A DNA stretch of 57,367 bases, counting the filler, from Dugesia japonica (lineage: Eukaryota): the NCBI GenBank assembly GCA_001938525.1. It is 6 parts of 6 records of this genome, joined end to end, with 100 filler letters (N's around TTAATTAATTAA, not from the genome) between each part and the next. Parts side by side here need not be neighbours in the genome. Positions count along the whole stretch, not along the records: positions 48,058 to 57,367 come from MQRL01600850.1; 5 more parts are not named here. The stretch is one strand, 5' to 3'. A model generated the notes under the pieces. That model saw nothing but the letters and a program-made list of their open reading frames with translations. It did no database searches and was not told the DNA's origin. The position numbers were made by a program, and so were the translations under genes. The number at the start of each line of letters is the position of its first letter. Positions within the stretch are counted from its first letter, which is position 1. This document shows, piece by piece, positions 49,706-57,367 of this stretch.

Positions 49706-49775
49706 AATAACTTCTAGAAACCAAGACTTCATTGAACAAAGACCTTGCTCATATAAATAACCCGACTGCTAAGGT
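49706..49775. repeat. Diverged, internally deleted copy of 50035-50133 (AMFR 3' end region)
   Basis: aataacttctagaaac.aagactt...aacaaaga...ccttgctc.tataaataac occurs in both places. Confidence 0.75.
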
Positions 49776-50108
49776 ATAGTTTTGTGTGAAATGAGTGNNN
49801 NNNNNNNNNNNNNNNNNNNNNNNNNNNNNNNNNNNNNNNNNCATTTGGAAAAATATTTAATTTTTTTTAACAAAGAATACTTATGAAAAAAATTATGACT
49901 TTTCAATCTCTTGAATTAATTGAAAAACGAGCTTTCACATGCGGTAGAAGATAACCCAATATCCAGCGACAACAATTTGATGATATTATTTAAAGAAAAA
50001 TTAATTGCAGAATTTTGCATTAGCATTAAATCCGAATAACTTCTAGAAACTAAGACTTTCTAAGAAAACGCTTATGTTTTGTTCTTTAAACAAAGAAAAA
50101 CCTTGCTC

Positions 50109-51875
50109 TTATAAATAACACAACCGCCGAGGGAGCTATTTTTGATGTTTTGTTGTAATTAAAATAATCATATTTACCTGCATTGGCCCGGTTAGAAGTC
50201 GTGGTAATGGTCGCATGATGCGACCTTTCTGTATTCTATCAATAACACTTTCAGCATTTCCATTCATCAATTTCAATTCTTTATATATAATATCAATTGG
50301 AATATTAGGATACATTAAATGAATATCGTTCACTTTTCCAGTTAAACCGGAAGAATTAATAACTCCTTCTTTACAGTAAACATCTGATATTAATGATTTT
50401 AAAATTGTATTTTCATTATTAAATTGATTTGGATGAACATTTGAAATCTATTTAAAATAATTAAAAAAAATTTAGACCGAAAGAATTAACTTCATTAATA
50501 CTGGAATTTTGATTTTCTTTATTAAATAACGGATTGTCATTTATGTTCTTAATTATAACTCTACAAGTTGGGCATAACGAACTGTGTTCAAACCATGGCC
50601 TGAGGCAAGCATCATGAAAGAAATGATTACATGGTAACATACGACACATCATTAAAGATTCCCAGCAAATAGCACATTTCTCATAACCTTTCTAAAAAAT
50701 TTTAAAAATTGAATATGAATCAAAAAATCTATAATTTCTTTAAAAAATTACTAAACATATTCTAACATTTGTAATCAATTTAAGATCTCATACATTTATA
50801 AACAAACATTTAAACAAAAACCTAATAATATTCAACTAACATTTATTAAAGGGAAATGTTTTTCAATGAATTTGACAATGTTAGCATATTTTCTATGCCT
50901 ATAATACCTTTTGGAAATATCATAATATAAATATTGCAAATGCATTCCTATAACCAAACCAGTCATATTTATTTTAATATTATTCCACAAAAGCATGTGT
51001 AAATTATGGACAAAATCAGCTACATTAGCAATTGTGGTATAATATAATTCAGCATAATATTGTGCAACCATTTTGTTGGGCCATTCAGTGTTCTTGTGAC
51101 TTTCAATTAACTTTTTGAATTTGAAATTATGCGAATTCGAAATTATTCTATTTTCACTATTTGCATAAAAATAAATTGCGTAGCTAATTAAAACATAAAC
51201 GGTTATTGCTGATAATTGAAAAACCTCGGCAAGCATGAAAAACATTAAATGATAGGAAAACCGGACACCAACAATAATTGAAATGCAACTGAGAACATTG
51301 CCAAATATAAGTATAATAATCAGTAGTGAAACAATTTTCAAATGAGACTGAACTGATGTATCTGGAGATTGAACAATAAATTCAAACCGGTCCTTAGTCA
51401 AATTTGTCAGTAAATGCAAAAATCCCAATATAGATGACCAACCAGTCCACAATAATAATTCATATAAAGACTGAACATTTAAAATACCGTAGATAAATAC
51501 CAATTTATAGAACACAAAATTCCAAAATTTGTCCAAAATATGACTCTGTTCTGCATGTCTTAATTCACCGAAGAAAATTTGTTGAAAGCATCTTCCTACC
51601 ATTATTAATCCACAATAAGTTAAATTAATAAAACTCCAAAAACACCATGTATCATATAGACAATACTCCATTAATGCAATAATAAACTTTTTTTCTTCAA
51701 AACTCATTTGCATATTTGTAATATTCTGGCTAGAAATAACAGTAAGATTTGTGTATTTGTCATAAATATAATCAATTAATAAATACAAAAAAGAAGTAAC
51801 AAAGGAAAGTATTGAAAAGAAAACATAAGTTGATAATTTTGGTAACGGAATTCGTTCTAAGGATATAGTATACAT
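50109..51875 (-). CDS. AMFR: AMFR/gp78-like E3 ubiquitin ligase; exons 50841-51875, 50491-50691, 50178-50447 and tentative 50109-50135
   Basis: N-terminus [12 protein letters not shown] (cf. gp78 LERFPWPSLRTY); multi-TM region with FGELR..E and [10 protein letters not shown]; RING-H2 CAIC-x10[10 protein letters not shown]10-CPTC; CUE-like [35 protein letters not shown] introns keep the frame; the last exon is uncertain. Confidence 0.92.
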
Positions 51876-52669
51876 ACGCTTTTCTAAAATTAATAAAATG
51901 AATGAAATTATTTTATTTTAACATTAAATAAAACATTAGGATTACTTTTATACTTTTATTAAAATTTAATTGTTTATATTTTTAAAATGACCTAGAATAT
52001 AATGAAACAAAAACATTTTTATGATGGAACTATTATTTTTTAAATAATATTTTTTAATAATCGTTTTTTAAAAAAACAATTTCTGATAAATATTCAATTT
52101 AAATTATAATTAAATATAAATGAGTTGTTTCCATCAATATGATATTTATTTTACTTAAATTATTTTTCAATTAATATCGCGAAATAATTTTATTTTATAA
52201 AACAATGTAATTTAAATGAAAATAATAATTGATGAATTTTTATTTATTGATTAATTATATGAGTAATTGGTTGTATCTTGAGTAATATTGAATGTGTTTT
52301 AGAATCTAGTGACTAAATTATCAAAAATATTTAATTCAATTTAAAATCTTGAATAAAAAAATATAACCAATAATAGTTATGGTAATCAATATTGAATGAC
52401 ATAAATGATGAAATGAAAAGAATCTAAGTAATTTGAAAAGCATGTATTTCAATAAAATAGAGGATATAAACAAAGTATATATTAGAATANNNNNNNNNNN
52501 NNNNNNNNNNNNNNNNNNNNNNNNNNNNNNNNNNNNNNNNNNNNNNNNNNNNNNNNNNNNNNNNNNNNNNNNNNNNNNNTTGTCCTCCTCAAATTACCTC
52601 AATAACTTTACAACCTTCATTTCTTTAAGTTCGTTTTTGATCCATACCAAGTTGCATTTATAAATTCCT

Positions 52670-53350
52670 AATAACTTGAATGTTTCCGTGACTCCATGCG
52701 ATATAAGACAGCTGTTTCAAAATTTGGTTGGAACCATTGTTTGTCCATCAGGGCATGATGATAGAACAATATCACCTGGTACACGTATAGTAGTACCAGA
52801 AACGGTTTGGCATGGTAATAACTTTGAATCTTCTCAGGCGCGTTACGAATTTCTAGCATTTTTAATTTCTAACCAACAATAGAGTATTTTCTATATACCT
52901 ACGGAATCTTTCTATTTCCCCTCACACTGTGGATCGTATGATGTTGTATGCTTATGTCAAATTCCAAAGGATTCTGCAAATTGTTTGGATATAAATTGTC
53001 TATCATTGANNNNNNNNNNNNNNNNNNNNNNNNNNNNNNNNNNNNNNNNNNNNNNNNNNNNNNNNNNNNNNNNNNNNNCATTACTTATGTCAATGAAGTA
53101 TAACGATCAATCATTGTTACTATAAACTATTTTGTTTTAAAAGATTGGTAAAAGACCAATTAAATATCTGTGCAACACTTTGAATTTCTGAGATTTGGAA
53201 TCAATCTTTTGTGAGCCAAAAAATTTAATTGGCTTGATTTAGTTCACAAAATTTGCAACATTTACGAATTTTGTATTTCATGCCTGGTCAAATATAACGA
53301 CTTATCAGTTGCATTTGATCCTTGATACAGATTATGAACATGTTTCGTGT
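52670..53350 (+). pseudogene. Unidentified decayed coding sequence
   Basis: ORF 52676-52882 continues in frame past one TAG for ~42 codons to the gap (SIFYIPTESFYFPSHCGSYDVVCLCQIP...); GC-richer than the flanks; no family recognised. Confidence 0.35.
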
Positions 53351-53664
53351 TTATAAATAATTTCGCAAATCCAAAACACAAAACCTAATATTAAAACAAA
53401 TCTGCTTTTTTCATATTAATAATGTCTTATTAATTTCTTAAATTGCAAAATTAAAAATATTCCATTACTTATAATGACATACCATAATTAAGGTTTAAAT
53501 ACTGAATGATTTTTCATTTTAATCACCCTNAAGTATTACTGCAGTAGCTAATAAGTAGAAAACTCAACGTCTGACTCAATAAAAAAATAACTTTTTCTAA
53601 ATTCATATGTATTTAATTAATTTAAAATTTAATAGCGCAATTGCTGTACAATCAATACATATTT

Positions 53665-56600
53665 TGTCTAACAACTTAAACAAAAATCTCAGAAAGTTGA
53701 CCATTTCTAAACTCAACACTAGCAAATGTTTGAGTTTTTAGATTTCTCTTGAATTTTCCGGTATTCTCGTAATCGTTTCTTGGATTATTTAATTAAACAT
53801 CAAATTAAACATCATTTGCTACTAAAATATTTAATTTTTCATTTCTTGATTACTTTGTGATTTCCAATTCATCAAATAAAAGATTTTTTTAAAAAAGTAA
53901 TTCCCAATCAAGCACAAAAATTTCAACTCCCTTCAAAACCCTTTTAAGTAATTTTTTGATCTTCTCTATATTTCTTTCAAGACTTATTCCGTTTGTATCT
54001 TCCAAGATACATAAATCTTGATTTTATAGGATCCTTTGTAACGATCTTGGTTCTTGTTTTTTGTTACAGCTTTCACTAAGACCTCATCACCGATCTCGAA
54101 TCGTCTTTTCGTTAATATTTCTTCCTCTTGTTCTTTGTGCACTCTTTGAGTATTGGTTTCGTACCATTTTTATCTGCTTATTCTCTTCCCAAATACGATT
54201 TTAGCTGGGCTTTTCCCGATGGTTTTCTGTTTTGTAACATTTAAGGTAAGTTCTATCTCTGGCAATACATCCGACCAATCTGACGTTTTCCTTTCTTTAA
54301 ATGTCACATAAATCATATCCCTTATAGTTCTAAACTGTCTGTCGATTTGTTCATTTGTGTTACGATGATATGGACTCGAAAGCCTGAGGGTAATACCATG
54401 TTCAGCTGCAAAATCTTTCATTGATTTAGACTCAAATGCTCTTCCACAATAAACTCTTATTTCTCCTGGACATCCGAACTTTAATATCCACTTCTCCAAT
54501 ATTGCTTTCCTTGTGGATCTTCATCTTGTCTTGTCATTGCTATCAAGGCAACATACTTACTGCATTGGTCTATTATACGGAGAAAATATTTTTTCCAACC
54601 TCTTGTCTACGACAGTGGTCCATACACATCTATAAATAACAACTCAAACATTTCGGCTGGCTGTGTCTTTTTTTGTTTCTTCCTTCGTTTTTTTTGTCAC
54701 CACTTTAGCTTTCTGGCATGTTATATAGCTTTGCACAACCTCTTGTACTTTGCTCCACATATTTTCCACGTTATATTCATGCTTCATATACACTGCTACT
54801 TTTTCTGCTCCAGCATGATACAAAACATGGTGTATCCTCATTAAAACCTCTTCTACTTTATCATCAGGTATCCATGTTCCCTCATCATTTTCACCAAAAT
54901 TGCCTTGTTTTTGTTAAATATCTACTGTATTTAACATTCTTGTTTTTAAANTTCTACTTTNGGAATCTTAATGTGGCATTAAACATTTCACACATGTACC
55001 GCATTCATTCCTTGACAACATATTCGCATTTCTATGAAGTGATCCTTTTCTATATTCCAATTTTATATCTAAACTGCTCAAATAATTAATCCAAGTTTTA
55101 AATTGTGATGTAATCGGCTTCTTGGTATTTAGCATAAAAGTATGGTCTGTTCTGAGGATAAATCTCCTCCCACATAAGTAATGTTTGAAATGAATACAAA
55201 ATTCATATCTAGAAAACATAGTATTTGAAACATCATTAATGCTTCTTTCATTCCATTGAAAACATCTTCCAATTCCTTCACCCATTGAATTTTCTTGTTA
55301 CTTATCCCACTACTCAGCTGTTCCAGCAATCTAGCTTTCTTTGAATAATCTTTAATAAACTTTTGATAGTAATTGCAATTTCCCAAAAAGCTTCTCATTT
55401 TCTTAAAGCAATTTGGTTTACCANNNNNNNNNNNNNNNNNNNNNNNNNNNNNNNNNNNNNNNNNNNNNNNNNNNNNNNNNNNNNNNNNNNNNNNNNNNNN
55501 NNNNNNNNNNNNNNNNNNNNNNNNNNNNNNNNNNNNNNNNNNNNNNNNNNNNNNNNNNNNNNNNNNNNNNNNNNTGTTGCTCCATTTGTTTAGGTGAATA
55601 TGAGAATATCATCTAGATAAACCATCGCTCCTTTAATTTTTCCGATTACTTTATTCATGATTACCTGGAACGTACCTGGTGCCGCTGCAATTCCAAAAGG
55701 CATTCTATTGAAACCAAATTGCCCTTGTTTGGTCGAAAACGCCGTCTTTTCTTGAGAATCTTCACTGAGTTTCACTTGGTGAAATGCATTTCCCAAGTCT
55801 ATTGAGCTAAAATATTACGTTGCTTTCAAAGCATCTAGCATTTTGTCCACTTTTGGCATAGGAAAAGCTTGGTTTTCTAGTATTGCATTAAGCTGTCTAA
55901 AGTCTAAGCATAATTGTATATCTTTTTTCCTTTTTCCAAAAGCAGATTAATGGCGTATTCCATTGTAAATTACGATTCCGAATTATACCATTATCAAATA
56001 TATTTCTTAATGGCCTCTTCAATCTTGTCCTCTAAATTCATTGGTTAGCGATACGGTTTTATGTTGATTGAAGCCCTTTTAGTGATTATTTGATGGTTTG
56101 TTAAGTGTGTGCATCCAATGTCCTATTTACCTGACATAAATACATCCTCATTATTCTGAATAATCGCAGTCAATCTATGATCTTTGTTAATTTTTGAATC
56201 TCCATTGCATGTCCTAATCATTCACCCGTCTGTATTTGTCTTCCAAATTTTGCCTCGATGTTGCAAACAAATTTTTTTCGATAATTATNGATGTCTTCCT
56301 TGCACTTTNTCTGAAGATGATACCCAAAAGTATTCTGAAATTTCACTCTACCAATTAGATCTGGTATTAATTTTTCTACTATTATAAATGTTACTTCCTT
56401 GCACACCTCTGAAACTACAACTTCGACAAGTATCTTTCCAATCGTTTCCATTGACTTGTTATTCGCGTAATGCTATCGTTTCTCGCTTTTCTTTAACATT
56501 GTTTCTCCGAGTCCATTAAATTCCTTCATGCTCATCACATTTATTCTTGCTCCTATATCCAGCAAAGAATCAAACTGTTCAACCTTAATCATCACTGAAA

Positions 56601-57367
56601 TGCTGGGTCTCCTTTGAATTTTATCATTCGAAATTTTTGCATTCTGTTTTTCTTAAATTATTTCTATCACTTCCGCTTTGTTAACTTCCGCATCATAGAA
56701 ACTTTCTCTTTTTCGGAATCTGTAAACTTTTTCTCTCACTTTACTTGTCTCATTCTATTTCTCGGTCTCTTGAGGATATTCAAACGGTATCTCGTTTAAT
56801 GGATGTCTCCGATCAACTCCTCTACTGACGGAGCCTTGATTTTTGGGCATTCTCTTCTTGGGTCATCATTTTCTATTATGCTTTCAGAAAATCTCTCTTC
56901 ATTCTCGTCATCAAATTCTTCTCGAATGGCATGAATTGGTTTTGTNCAACTCCAATCTTTGGATTGTTGTCTGCTTCTAACATTGTATCTTCTCTCTTCT
57001 AGTCTAGTTTTATTAATGTTCGAATAACATTTTTCTGCTCTGTGACCTGGTCTTTTACATTTATCGCATACAATTTCTGTGCAAATCCTTCTGACATGAC
57101 CAATCTTACCAGACAATTTCTACTTACATACCCTTTTTTGTGACAAGTCCAACATTCCACATGAGAATGTTTTGGACACTCTCTTTTTATATGCTCATAA
57201 CTCTGGCATGTTCAACACTGTGGTACTGTTCTTTTTCTAACTCTCTCAATATTTCGTCTTCTTTCTCCCAAACATTCTCACGTGTTACACTAGCGTAACT
57301 CTTTACTAAGTTAATAGGTTCTCTTCTTTCTATTTTTTCAACCAAAGATAACGTTTCTTTTATGTCT
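53665..57367 (-). mobile_element. Ty3/gypsy element F, degenerate (gag with 4 CCHC, PR, RT, RH, IN, 3' LTR); same family as A; runs off the window
   Basis: Knuckles at ~57025-57220; LLDIGARINVM; MPFGIAAAPGTFQ...VYLDDILIF; RSFLGNCNYYQKFI; FILRTDH; H...HAG...CITC-type Zn site; FGCPGEIR...SSPYHR; LTR-like 53665-53916. Confidence 0.94.
56807..56847 (-). promoter_or_regulatory. Putative -1 ribosomal frameshift signal at gag/pol junction of element F
   Basis: C CCA AAA in the gag frame (tgC CCA AAA), 7-nt spacer, stem CTCCG-TCAG...TTGA(T)CGGAG; gag stop follows at 56796. Confidence 0.72.

Overview
This is eukaryotic DNA, not prokaryotic: strongly AT-rich, transposon-dense animal sequence. The 43-53 nt GT-AG introns and the TE content are compatible with a planarian-type flatworm, but that is inference. 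The window is six segments (1-9221, 9322-18072, 18173-30388, 30489-39215, 39316-47957, 48058-57367) joined by an artificial N44-TTAATTAATTAA-N44 spacer, so adjacency across spacers is unproven. Only one host gene looks intact: an AMFR/gp78-like ERAD E3 ligase (TM region, RING-H2, CUE; minus strand, about 50.1-51.9 kb), with duplicated pieces of its 3' end downstream. Host-gene remnants that the ORF track misses or shows only in part are three clean spliced exons of a leishmanolysin/invadolysin (M8) peptidase, a divergent TBP-like pseudogene, and a BTF3/NAC-beta fragment joined in frame to a Merlin transposase. The rest is mostly decayed TEs: at least eight Ty3/gypsy remnants, two mariners, a hAT, two Penelope GIY-YIG fragments, and a Maverick/Polinton chromodomain-integrase end with TIR-like termini. 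Most notable: (i) a probable giant gypsy element with a multi-kb cassette of accessory ORFs after integrase, parts of which recur in a second segment; (ii) a conserved slippery-heptamer plus stem-loop -1 frameshift signal at gag/pol junctions; (iii) the TBP-like gene; (iv) the BTF3-Merlin chimera. All protein assignments come from manual translation and motif recognition; no database searches were run.
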